This document shows positions 11,251 to 20,925 of a DNA stretch of 64,000 bases, piece after piece (position 1 is the first letter of the stretch; every line of letters begins with the position of its first letter). The notes under the pieces were generated by a model. That model was not told the DNA's origin, made no database searches, and saw nothing but the letters and a program-made list of their open reading frames with translations. Position numbers and translations under genes: made by a program. The DNA lies in contig OZ038378.1 in the NCBI GenBank assembly GCA_964036045.1, forward strand, positions 14,136,001-14,200,000. The letters are read 5' to 3'. Origin of the DNA: Eutreptiella sp. 'Long Island Sound 2002'. Its lineage: Eukaryota > Protista > Euglenida.

Positions 11251-12529
11251 GGGAGACTGTCGCGCGCTAACCCAGAAGTTTGCAAGGGGGGGGCAGGGAG
11301 GGTAGGAAAATGTTGGACAGACGAAACACGAAAATTTTCGAGGAGATTTCAAGGGGGGAAGGGGGGCTAGATGCCTGGACATTAATCATCACAGGGGTTC
11401 CACCGACACCCTTTTACACCTTTTGCATTGCTCACCGTACACCCATGTGTTACCCCCTCCCCCCCTTGCTTACTTTCCCCACTCGATGCCTCGCGGTTCC
11501 AGGTTCCAAGTTCCAGGCCGACTGGAGCGTCACCGTGTTGGTTAGCTGTTGTCTGGCACCGAGCAGCACATTCATGTCTGCCCCTGCATCGTGCGCACAG
11601 TCTGTGGCTGCCTCCTAAAGTTGCCAGCTCGATCAGCAACACCACCATCGTCTCCAGTGCCCAGCCCCGCACATCAATCCTTCATGTTGGTAGTCAATGG
11701 GTGGTTCTGGCGGGTTTCCAATCTGGTGGGTTACCAAATATACGTGCAGTGCAACAGCATTTCCTTTTGCATGGTTGTCTTGTGGCGGCCCAAGGGTTGC
11801 AGGGGCTGGGCCCGACAAGTGTATGCGAAGCCCCCCTTACACAAAACTCTGTGACTGAGAACTGAGCTCTGAGAAGCCCAAGGAGGTGGAGCGCGAATAA
11901 AATCGTACAGCTGGGCACTGCAGCAACGCAAACAGGTGTACCATTCCGTTGTGAGTGGGATCCAAATGAGATCAGTTTCTCGTGATTTGATCAATTTGTA
12001 TGGGAATGGCAGCACACCAGCTTAACGCCCATCATGCATCAGAATTGCCAATTTCCCGTTTCAGTCATTGTGGCCATTTGTGTTGTGCCCCCTCCCCACC
12101 CCCCTTGTCCTCTCCTTCCCATGTCGTTCCCTGGGGGGTGAGGGGAACCCGTCACTTTGTTAACCAGCAAGAAAATCATATGTTGCAGTTTGAAGCTGCT
12201 GTGTGTTGCCCCACAGCTTTTGTTGCCCACTTCTGCACCTCCTTCCTATCCTCACCGATCTCCACCACTGATAACCCTCACCAGGATGGGCTCCTTTGTT
12301 GAGCAGATAAAAACCACATCTGTTCCAGGTGGGAACAAGGTTGTGCTACCGGGGGGGGGGGGGGGCGGGATTTAAGAGGTTTTTTTTTGGGATGACCAAA
12401 ATTAAGGGTGTAAAAAATTGGTTTCGCTCCTTAGAAATGAAGGAAAAATTTGGTATGAGGCCCCTTGCTGCTGCTTCCTAGTGGATGTTCATTGTGGATT
12501 CCGGGTGGGCTCTGGATGGGGGGACATGT

Positions 12530-12992
12530 AACCATCCAGAGCCCTCCAGGAAACAACAGTAACCATCCAGAGCCCACCAGGAAACAACAGAAACCATCCA
12601 GAGCCCTCCAGGAAACAACAGAAACCATCCAGAGCCCTCCAGGAAACAACAGAAACCATCCAGAGCCCTCCAGGAAATAACAGTAACCATCCAGAGCCCT
12701 CCAGGAAATAACAGTAACCATCCAGAGCCCTCCAGGAAACAACAGAAACCATCCAGAGCCCTCCAGGAAATAACAGAAACCATCCAGAGCCCTCCAGGAA
12801 ACAACAGAAACCATCCAGAGCCCTCCAGGAAATAACAGTAACCATCCAGAGCCCTCCAGGAAACAACAGAAACCATCCAGAGCCCTCCAGGAAATAACAG
12901 TAACCATCCAGAGCCCTCCAGGAAACAACAGTAACCATCCAGAGCCCTCCAGGAAATAACAGTAACCATCCAGAGCCCTCCAGGAAATAACA
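12530..12992 (+). repeat. 31-bp minisatellite, about 15 copies
   Basis: Unit AACCATCCAGAGCCCTCCAGGAAA(C/T)AACAG(A/T); starts at 12530, 12561, 12592 and so on. Confidence 0.95.
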
Positions 12993-13059
12993 GCTGCATC
13001 CACCAGAACCATGAAAAACCCAATACCGTGGTAAAAAAAAGTGGTGCGAGAATTCGACT

Positions 13060-13113
13060 GCGAAACCAGGGGGCGGTTCTTGCGCAAGGCGGTTCCTAGG
13101 CACGGGGGAGGGT
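13060..13113 (+). mobile_element. Right end of a MITE of the 46265-46410 family
   Basis: AACCAGGGGGCGGTTCTTGCGCAAGGCGGTTCCTAGGCACGGGGGAGGG-TA matches 46356-46412. Confidence 0.7.
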
Positions 13114-13409
13114 ACACATTCACACTGCATGCAGCACACAGGAAACCCTCCCTGCAGCCCGCGTTTGATGTACACAGGATGGCACAGAGAATCCTTAAAA
13201 TTGAAGGAAAATTTTGGTACGAGGGAGGGCTTTGTCCAAATCAATTTTTTCACCCCCTACTTCCCCCCCCCCCCGAAGATATTTCTGCAACGGGCTCGCC
13301 ATGAATGGCGCAGAGCGCAGAAGATATTACTGCAACCCACTACCAGCAAGTCAAGTATTGGTGAGCTAGCACCCATGGCCTTGTGTGACATTCACGTTGC
13401 TGGTTGTGG

Positions 13410-13655
13410 TGAGCACCTCCCAGCCTGGGGTCTTCGTGATGACCGCATACCGAGCACTGATCAGGCCATTAGGGGAGGACGCCATGGGCAGAAGTTGCAT
13501 TCTGGATTCCCACCCAAGCAGGTGGATGCCCGCGGCAGTGCGGATGCCCGCAGTAGTACAGATGCCTGCTTGTCATAGCAGAAGGTTCAAAGGCGAGAGG
13601 CCAATAGGCGCCGCCACAGGCTAACAGAGCCAACCACCAAGGCCTTGTGCCAAAC
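13410..13655 (+). repeat. Dispersed ~245-bp repeat; inverted copy at 27715-27961
   Basis: Near-identical reverse complement (GAGCACCTCCCAGCCTGGGGTCTTC...CCTTGTGCCA). Confidence 0.9.
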
Positions 13656-13799
13656 CCCCCCCCCCAACCAAATCCATGAGTAACTAGGGCCAGAAGGTAT
13701 TTGGGGACCCACTTTTTTCTCAAATGTCCCTGTAACATTCAACTTACCTGCAAAACTGTGACCCAAACCCCAAACACCACGGCCGTGCCCACACACTCT

Positions 13800-14700
13800 C
13801 TGTTGGTCCCAAATGCTCCTCCTTATCCCCAAGGCACTCCGTAAAAAGACTTTGTCAAATTGTTGCCAAATGCCTTGTTTTTTTGCACCTTGTCACACCC
13901 TTGACACCAATGGGTGGTTTCGGGTGGGCTAATGTACATGAAGTAAAGCAAGAGGGCCAATGCCACATAAAATGCAGCATACATATGGGCTGGTGCACCA
14001 TCAAGAGTGTACAAGTGGCAACCCTTGCTTTTGCAGAATGCATTGTGAAAACAGTACAACACTGTTTTTTCTGTGGATTAGCAGTGAGAGTGTTAAGAAT
14101 GCTGTGATACACCACCTGCACTCACAACTGACCACTGTAGGCGCCAAAAGCACCAAAACAAGTGACCAAAGCACTCTATATTTATAGGAGGTTCACAGAG
14201 GGTTGGGGGATCCACAACATCACATTTTGATGGGGTTTCACCCAGTTGCCAAGCAAAGCCAGGGACGGCTGTCGCAGTGTGCTATCTCAGGCATGAGAGG
14301 TCCAAATAGGGTCGAAAAGGGCACCTGGGTGATGGGTGCCAAGCCAGGCCAGGTTCTGCGGGATGAGCTGGACTTACCTGTAGTACTAAGGCTCAATCAA
14401 CACACGGGGGCTCCTGGACCTTCAACTGGGGTGTGGGGGATGTTGGACTTGGGGGGGGCAATAGAGCCTCTTGGGCAGACCCCCCTCCCTGGAGGCTCTG
14501 CCGAGGAGGCTGACTTGACTGGTGGCCAAAACCCAAATGACCCCCTGCCTTCCAAAACGTATGGCCCAAGGGCACTGGCCTTTGTATTGAAGGGCACAGG
14601 CCCCTCCTCATTTCCCTCTACACAACCATGTAGCCCATCATAGGCGGCCATGGAATCCACAATACTAACACTGTCCGCCAGAGTCACAGTCCGAGTCTGA
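13800..14700 (-). pseudogene. Possible heavily decayed retroelement RT relic
   Basis: YCFHNAFCK resembles the SNCFWQL RT motif at about 27370. No continuous ORF. Confidence 0.25.
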
Positions 14701-15257
14701 GTTAGTACAAGCGCCGAGGGAAAATGTGTCACAGGTTGATTCTGAGTCAGAGGTTGTGTTGGAGTCAGTGTCCAAAAGGGGCTCGGTGTAGAGTGCTGCA
14801 AGTGTGCAGGGCAGATAGCTGGACACAACCAACAAGCATTCAGATAATGGAGGTGGCATCAAGCAAACCCAGCATGGTGGACGAGTCACCTCACAAATGA
14901 GAATGTCATTGCCTTTGGATACTGATCTATCCAAGCATCTAGCCAATCCTGCTCATCCTCGTAGGGCTCACATTCCTCTCTCTGGTACTAACACTTGCCC
15001 AATGGACAAACACGTGAAAGCATGTAAAGCCTTTGCATGGTTGCACACTTGCACTAGCCCAGCCTTAGGGCCTCTAGTGCTGAAATGCAAATATGCTAGC
15101 ACACGTTTTGGCGCTGTGCATGGACCATCATCTTCGTGTAGTCCCACATTGGGGCCGCTCTACTAATTCCCAGACCCAGACACCCCCACTCCTAGGTTTT
15201 GCCTCTATTTTCGGGCGCTCCATAGACCCCAGTTGAAAGTACAACTTCCCTTGACAT

Positions 15258-15385
15258 CTGTGTGTGTGTGTGTGTGTGTGTGTGCTTCTTACTATTAACG
15301 AGGGCAGGGGCCGATTAAAGTCCTGGACGCTGTGCGATGGGTTAAGCGAGGGGGTTATGGGTCAGGAACTGGCTGCGCTGCCCCC
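15258..15385 (-). repeat. 3' end of a TAATAGTAAG-terminated repeat with a (CA)n tail; target of the PLE insertion
   Basis: CTTACTATTA.CG.AGGG...GTCCTGG.CGCT...GGGGTTA aligns with 21510-21605. (TG)n at about 15258-15283. Confidence 0.7.
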
Positions 15386-15668
15386 GGAGGAAGCCTGTGC
15401 TATTGCACGTGCGCACAAGAGGCGATCAGCACAAAAAGCGCAAGAAGAAAATGGCTCGTCAGTGGCCTAGAAGACCATAGGTACCTTTCTGTCACAAAGA
15501 GTGCAACACGAAGAGAACCTGTGGGTGGGACACCGACAAGTAAGCAGGAACCATGCAGCGGTATGCACCTGATGCTCTCGCTAAGCACTGACCCCTGGAT
15601 CTGCCATATATCATCAAGAGTTCAAGTATGTACTGACAGTAACGGAAATGCAGAGTCCCCCTCCCCCC
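15382..15668 (-). repeat. 3' pseudo-LTR
   Basis: 287 bp, identical to 20639-20925 except GCGCAAGAAG vs GCGCAGGAAG. Confidence 0.95.
15453..15489 (-). ncRNA. Hammerhead-ribozyme-like motif (3' pLTR copy)
   Basis: GAAA-GGTACC-TA-[TGGTC TTCTA GGCCA]-CTGACGA-G. Stem II pairs poorly. Confidence 0.5.
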
Positions 15669-18009
15669 GGGCCGGTGGCCCCACTGGAATGGGTTGTGAA
15701 GGATCTCCGCGGGGCGTATGTGCCGATAGTATAGGAAAATCGTAGCACCAATCGGCGCATGTCTCGCTGCAGGGTCCTGTGTGTGGTACGTGCCAGGATG
15801 CATAGGCGGCACCTGACCATAAACCGTGACCCTGTAGCCACTGACGCAGCCGATAAAAAATAGTATCTCGTGTAGATGGAAGAGAGTATAAAATATGCAC
15901 AGTCCAGGCCTGCGTGGCTTCGACGTCCCATGGTGTACGGCTGACAATGCGGGGCACGGCGGAGTGCAGTGCGCGCAAAACGGCTGACCGTGGGTAGCCT
16001 GAGAGTAACGATATTTGGCACCAGGCTGTGATGCTGATCAGAACTCCCAACCAGGAGTGCAAAAATGGCTGGACGTTGAGCACAGCACTGACGATGATGC
16101 TGGCAACGTGCTTATAGTCTCGGGCCCATGGGCTTTGCATTGTGACCGAGTACTTCAGGCACCAGGTATTCGTGAGACCGGATGGCTGAGTGTATATGAG
16201 TGGCGGGTGTGCTTGGTGTAAATGGACAGTGATGCCCATGGCCGTGACACTGGTGGTCATGCATTCTGTGGTGCAGGTGTGCACAGTGTCTGTGATACAT
16301 GGGCATAGCACCGGTAGGTCCCAGATTTCTGTAAGTGTGTCCGTAACGCTTTTCATGGTATGTTTGGCTGTGGGTCCGCGTGCTGCGACCATCACGTTGT
16401 CTCGGAACTGTGACAGTGAAAGTGTATTACCTGTGGGAGTGAGCCATAAGGGGTGTCCTCGTTCGGTGAAGTGGAGCCTTCCCAGGCGACGCATGAGGTC
16501 GATGCGCTGTTTGACTCCCCATATCGAGCGGAGGTCCGCGGCCTGCGCGCTGAAAGGGCCGCCCATGGGTATTGCTCCCTGCCTGTCCCAAACCCGACCA
16601 GATGCTTGTGTGAAAGTGTCTGTCATGAGTGAGAAGTAGACTAGGTTTTCGAGGTCTGTGTGTGCCATGTGGAAAAATCGGTCTGATGTGCCTTTGCCTG
16701 CCCTGTCCAAATTTTTGTTATCACGGTGGATGCTCCAGACCGTGTCTGCTGCAGACCAGCGGCGTCTTTTTTGAAGCCAAGTGACTGCCTCAGAGAGAGA
16801 TGTCATGACGTCCTGGGGTTTTATATTGTTGAATTGGCCTGAGCAGTCTGCCTCAGCGATGAACTGGCAGTTCCAATCTGAAAGGCCATGAAACCAGTCA
16901 TTCATATCACTGATACGGAGGACCAGGAAGCAGCCTGGTATTTCTGATATAAGAGTTTTCAGCAGCAGGGTGAACGCGCGTGCTGCCATACGCAAGAAAA
17001 AGCGCTGAACCTGTGGTTCAACAACGGCAGCTATGGGGCGCCATAATATACTGCATTTCACGAGAGACTTCGCCTTGCCTATGAGGTACAAAAGAGGCAG
17101 GACCGAAGATGAATTTGCAGGCCAGCCGTTTTTTCGTACAATGTGCTTCAGGGCCTTGTGGATGCGCTGCGCGTGTGTCAGTGGTTGGTGTGTGTATCCC
17201 TCATTTGACAAAAATTCAATAGTGGAGTCCCAGACCCATTGGTGATAGAAGCCAAATAGCATTGCAGAACTTTTGTCTGCGATGCGGACATAGGCAACTG
17301 AGTTCAAGGAGTGTGCAGCAGTACATACCCGCTGTCGGAGGAGCCCGTCCTCGTCCCATGCGTCCTGCGGCAGGAGGGCGCTTATGGACTGTTGTGTGTA
17401 GGCTCGGTTCGCATGCACCGTTTGTGCGAGCTGCGCAAGTGCCTGTAGAGCAACTTGGCGAGAGCGTGTTCCGGCACAGGGGAGGGGGTCGGATGCCCGG
17501 AGGGGGGCTGACTTGTGCTGGATATTGATGGGCAGCAAAGCATAGTGCCCGTTGACGACACGCACATCTCCTCCTTGTTGCCATGTGTGTAAGTGCGTGG
17601 GGTTGCAAAAGCACGGGGGGCGGTCGGTCATCCGGCCTGCTTTGTTGACGTGGCGCTCGAATGCTCGGCGCACATTGAGGGGGCTGGAGGAGACGACTCG
17701 TATCTGAGTGCGTACTGTTTTCCTTTCAAGGGCCGAGAAGGCCGTGGAGCGCAAAATTTTGTTGATCACATGTGCTATGAGCGCGCGCTGTGACGGTGTT
17801 AGGTACGGGACGGTAATGTTTACTGGCTTGCCCAGTGGTATGTTCATGCGTGCCGCGATGCGCTGGATGTCCCGATTCAGGACTGCGGAGCGTGCAAAGT
17901 CTTTGTTTATGCGTGCGATGTGTGCTTGGCGTAATGTGGTTTGTAGTTGCTTGGCGTGTTGTGGCCCCCAGGGTTGGCATTGCCCGCTGTAGGCAGGGCC
18001 GGTGCTATG
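15622..18009 (-). CDS. PLE reverse transcriptase (frame open to 18009; annotated ORF 15622-17847)
   Basis: IADKSS (DKG-like), WRPIAA, EADCSGQFNNI, QGAIPMGGPFSAQAADL and SQFRDNVMV motifs; CFC...H upstream. Joined to the endonuclease ORF by a 1-nt frameshift near 17970. Confidence 0.9.
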   Translation of the reverse strand, partial: HSTGPAYSGQCQPWGPQHAKQLQTTLRQAHIARINKDFARSAVLNRDIQRIAARMNIPLGKPVNITVPYLTPSQRALIAHVINKILRSTAFSALERKTVRTQIRVVSSSPLNVRRAFERHVNKAGRMTDRPPCFCNPTHLHTWQQGGDVRVVNGHYALLPINIQHKSAPLRASDPLPCAGTRSRQVALQALAQLAQTVHANRAYTQQSISALLPQDAWDEDGLLRQRVCTAAHSLNSVAYVRIADKSSAMLFGFYHQWVWDSTIEFLSNEGYTHQPLTHAQRIHKALKHIVRKNGWPANSSSVLPLLYLIGKAKSLVKCSILWRPIAAVVEPQVQRFFLRMAARAFTLLLKTLISEIPGCFLVLRISDMNDWFHGLSDWNCQFIAEADCSGQFNNIKPQDVMTSLSEAVTWLQKRRRWSAADTVWSIHRDNKNLDRAGKGTSDRFFHMAHTDLENLVYFSLMTDTFTQASGRVWDRQGAIPMGGPFSAQAADLRSIWGVKQRIDLMRRLGRLHFTERGHPLWLTPTGNTLSLSQFRDNVMVAARGPTAKHTMKSVTDTLTEIWDLPVLCPCITDTVHTCTTECMTTSVTAMGITVHLHQAHPPLIYTQPSGLTNTWCLKYSVTMQSPWARDYKHVASIIVSAVLNVQPFLHSWLGVLISITAWCQISLLSGYPRSAVLRALHSAVPRIVSRTPWDVEATQAWTVHILYSLPSTRDTIFYRLRQWLQGHGLWSGAAYASWHVPHTGPCSETCADWCYDFPILSAHTPRGDPSQPIPVGPPARGEGDSAFPLLSVHT

Positions 18010-19235
18010 TCATTGACGGTCCAAGCGTGTAGTGTGTGCCACCATTCCCTCTCCCGGTAGCATCCCAGTGTAGTGTTGTCGACGAGTTCAACAGGGACCA
18101 GGGTCCAGTCAGCTTCACTGGTTTGTTTCAGCAGATCATGAAAAGAGGAGTCCTCTGTCCCCGCCAGACTGGTGGTGACATGTTTACGTAGTCGCTGTGT
18201 CGAGGCCAGTGTAGTTTTGCCGACGTAGCAAACGAGTAAGTATGTGTGAACAGCAACGTAAATTAACATGGTGTCAGGGGAGACTGATGTGTGCCATGTG
18301 TGTGTACGGGACAGTGCGCGTATCAGGCGAATAAGTGGATGTGTGTCATACGGAAGGTATGTGACACGTTGTTGAAGGAGGGATGCCCATCGGCCCAGGT
18401 CCTTGGCGCCAAGTGCTTGGCGGATTCCTCGTGTGTATGCTTTATAGATGGAAGAGCGTGATGGGTGGGGTTGCCATATATCGGAGTAACTCTGGTGATG
18501 GGTTCTTATGAATGTGTGCAGACGCAGGCGCTGGGTGTCGTTCAGTGTGTTTATGGTAGCTCTTGATGCGTACAGAAACCAGCGTGTGTTTTGGAATTTT
18601 GCCGCGGCCATGGGTGCAGCCAGCGGAGGGCTTCGCTGTGCCGTGGTGAAGCTCCATCTGTTTGTGACGTGATCGGGCAAGAGGTCGTGAGGGGTGTCCT
18701 GTTCGGAGTGTATGACGTGAGTGTGCGCTTGTAGCTGCGTGTTCCACTGGGACCAGGGGTGCCGTGTTGCGTAGTAGTGTTCAGAGGCCAGGGCGTTCAC
18801 ATGTGTCCAAACGGAGATGCCGTTGACCACAGTAGCAAAGAAACGCAGGACGTGTGTAGGGGGGGACAGGGATGCCGCTGGTGGGCGCTCCAAGGCATGT
18901 ACCATTGTGTACAGTGGTGTGAGTGATGTATGGTGTGTGTGCACAACGCGCTGCAGGGTGGCAGGGTGGTACAAGAGGGGGAGAACCGGTTCGCTGAGTT
19001 GTGCAACAATGGCGAAAAGCTTCAGCTGGTGTGGTTGCAGGTGAAACTTAGTTTCAATGACAGATCTCGGGGCTGTTGGAAGATCAAGCGGGCGGTAGGT
19101 GTATTCGGATGAGAAGGGCGTGTGTGCTGTGTTGTTGAAAATGTGCTCAGCGAGTGCTAAGCGTTGGTGGACATGAGACATATCACGGAGGATGTCCTCA
19201 AGGCTCACAGTGCCGACGTCCTCTACAGGTTTAAA
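17907..19235 (-). CDS. PLE ORF2 N-terminal part: unknown ~320-aa region plus GIY-YIG endonuclease
   Basis: LIYVAVH..LVCYVGKT..STQRLRKH...E...CYRERE...VND at about 18010-18270. The ORF has no good ATG of its own and is entered by a -1 shift from ORF1. Confidence 0.85.
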   Translation of the reverse strand, partial: FKPVEDVGTVSLEDILRDMSHVHQRLALAEHIFNNTAHTPFSSEYTYRPLDLPTAPRSVIETKFHLQPHQLKLFAIVAQLSEPVLPLLYHPATLQRVVHTHHTSLTPLYTMVHALERPPAASLSPPTHVLRFFATVVNGISVWTHVNALASEHYYATRHPWSQWNTQLQAHTHVIHSEQDTPHDLLPDHVTNRWSFTTAQRSPPLAAPMAAAKFQNTRWFLYASRATINTLNDTQRLRLHTFIRTHHQSYSDIWQPHPSRSSIYKAYTRGIRQALGAKDLGRWASLLQQRVTYLPYDTHPLIRLIRALSRTHTWHTSVSPDTMLIYVAVHTYLLVCYVGKTTLASTQRLRKHVTTSLAGTEDSSFHDLLKQTSEADWTLVPVELVDNTTLGCYREREWWHTLHAWTVNDIAPALPTAGNANPGGHNTPSNYKPHYAKHTSHA

Positions 19236-20539
19236 CGTGAGGAAGGGCCGGGTGTGCGGGCGGGAGGTTGCGCTGAGAAAACTAGAGGCGGTACTGCTGC
19301 GCCTCGCAGAACGGTTTTTAAGCCTTGGTGAAGGGATCGCTTGGTGGTATTGGATGTAGATAGGCCGTCGACCGTGGCACGCATTTCGTCGGTGCCATGT
19401 ATGGCTGTCCACTGCTGTAGGCGCATCATGTTGGCATCGGTCCATTCAGAGAGTAGGGCGTCCAGGATATTGGAGTGCCATGCTGACACTTTCTTGTTTT
19501 CTGGTAACGGGTCCAGGTCCAGCCACCATTTGCGTGTTGCACTGCCACTGGAGACTCGCTTTTTGGCGGGTGTGCTTGGAGGTTCTGCCCGGCCTGCGCC
19601 TGAGCGTTTGCTCCCCGTAGTGCGTGCCGCGTCCATCAGTAGGTCGTCGTCGTCGTCGCGGTCTCTCCGGATGTCTGGGCTGGTGTCGCTTTCGACGACA
19701 TACTCTGTGTTGTTCTCTCGAAGGAGCTCTTGGAAGCGGCTCTTTATGGGTGTCCACTCTTTAGTGATGAAGGATTCGTACGATGCTCGGTGTTCTGACC
19801 AGTCTTTGTCCAGGAAATGTTGGAAGTCATGCTCCAGCTTTATGATTTTCTCGACGCTTGGCTCTGCATCATTTTTCCATGCCATCAGTGTGTCCACTTT
19901 TGAGTGCAGTGTGGTGAGGTCGGCTCGGCATTCGTTGATGATGTTCTGAGATGCTTGAAGTGCCCGGACATCTTTTTGCAATTGTTGAATTGCCGTACTT
20001 TGAGATTCCTGCTCTGAGCTTAGCGTTTGCATTTTCGTATTGTGTTCGCCTTGGATGATTGGAACTCGACGCAAGCACTGCGACATCTCGTGGCCGTGGA
20101 GGCCGCAGTAGAGGCATCCCCGCTTTGTAGAGTCGTCGTCTGGTGGAAAATGCACTTGGGGGTCATTGGTATTGCATCGGGCTGTAGCATGGGTGGAAAC
20201 TCCACATCTGAGGCACCAGAGATGGTCGGTCGGAACTGTCGGTGGTGGGGCTTTCACAGTAGCCTCGTATTGTGGACAGGCTCGCATCCAATGTTCAGTT
20301 GATCCGCAGATTAGGCAAGCCCCTTGCTTTTTCCGATCCTGCTGGAGTGTACACTCGTCAGCCCAATGTAACTCGCCACATGTCCAGCATGGGTCTCGTG
20401 GTTTTCCTCGACCAGGTGGTGCTCCTGTGTCTGTCGCTGAGGATGATGATGCATCTGTACGTTGTGGGCACTCGTATGCCCGGTGTCCGCCTTGGTGACA
20501 CAATGTACATATAGCAGGTCGGCTGAATTTCGGTGCCAT
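19223..20539 (-). CDS. Gag-like ORF1: five CCHC zinc knuckles, coiled coil, basic NLS-like patch
   Basis: CTLCHQGGHRAYEC, CWTCGELHWADEC, CLICGSTEHWMRAC, CLRCGVSTHATARC, CLYCGLHGHEMSQC; heptad-rich TLSSEQESQSTAIQQLQKDVRALQ; PAKKRV. Confidence 0.9.
   Translation of the reverse strand: MAPKFSRPAICTLCHQGGHRAYECPQRTDASSSSATDTGAPPGRGKPRDPCWTCGELHWADECTLQQDRKKQGACLICGSTEHWMRACPQYEATVKAPPPTVPTDHLWCLRCGVSTHATARCNTNDPQVHFPPDDDSTKRGCLYCGLHGHEMSQCLRRVPIIQGEHNTKMQTLSSEQESQSTAIQQLQKDVRALQASQNIINECRADLTTLHSKVDTLMAWKNDAEPSVEKIIKLEHDFQHFLDKDWSEHRASYESFITKEWTPIKSRFQELLRENNTEYVVESDTSPDIRRDRDDDDDLLMDAARTTGSKRSGAGRAEPPSTPAKKRVSSGSATRKWWLDLDPLPENKKVSAWHSNILDALLSEWTDANMMRLQQWTAIHGTDEMRATVDGLSTSNTTKRSLHQGLKTVLRGAAVPPLVFSAQPPARTPGPSSRLNL
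19229..19235 (-). promoter_or_regulatory. Candidate -1 ribosomal frameshift heptamer U_UUA_AAC
   Basis: ORF1 ends CGT TTA AAC CTG TAG. The -1 frame TTT AAA CCT GTA GAG is the endonuclease ORF frame. Confidence 0.7.
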
Positions 20540-20638
20540 TGAGGTGATGGAGTCGTGTGTGTAAGAACTCAAGATGAGGTATACGGAAGATCAGCCAAAC
20601 GGACGCTCCGCTGAGGAGAAATGCCAATGGCCTGAATT

Positions 20639-20925
20639 CCCCGGAGGAAGCCTGTGCTATTGCACGTGCGCACAAGAGGCGATCAGCACAAAAAGCGCAG
20701 GAAGAAAATGGCTCGTCAGTGGCCTAGAAGACCATAGGTACCTTTCTGTCACAAAGAGTGCAACACGAAGAGAACCTGTGGGTGGGACACCGACAAGTAA
20801 GCAGGAACCATGCAGCGGTATGCACCTGATGCTCTCGCTAAGCACTGACCCCTGGATCTGCCATATATCATCAAGAGTTCAAGTATGTACTGACAGTAAC
20901 GGAAATGCAGAGTCCCCCTCCCCCC
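20639..20925 (-). repeat. 5' pseudo-LTR
   Basis: Copy of 15382-15668; ends in a (C)n run at 20918-20931. Confidence 0.95.
20710..20746 (-). ncRNA. Hammerhead-ribozyme-like motif (5' pLTR copy)
   Basis: Same sequence as 15453-15489; lies about 170 nt upstream of the ORF1 ATG. Confidence 0.5.

Larger units (their letters stand above)
15382..20925 (-). mobile_element. Penelope-like retroelement with N-terminal GIY-YIG (Naiad/Chlamys-like order), a gag-like ORF1 and pseudo-LTRs
   Basis: Direct repeats 15382-15668 and 20639-20925 (one mismatch) contain the RT C-terminus and 3' UTR. Order on the minus strand: ORF1, GIY-YIG, RT. Confidence 0.9.

Noticed and set aside
12431-13253. ORFs of 181-254 aa; CRISPR-like periodicity
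   Set aside because: These are translations of the 31-bp minisatellite, which has no spacers.
17960-17980. Second programmed frameshift between GIY-YIG and RT
   Set aside because: No X_XXY_YYZ heptamer in phase; the shift falls at a G run and is more likely an indel or sequencing error.
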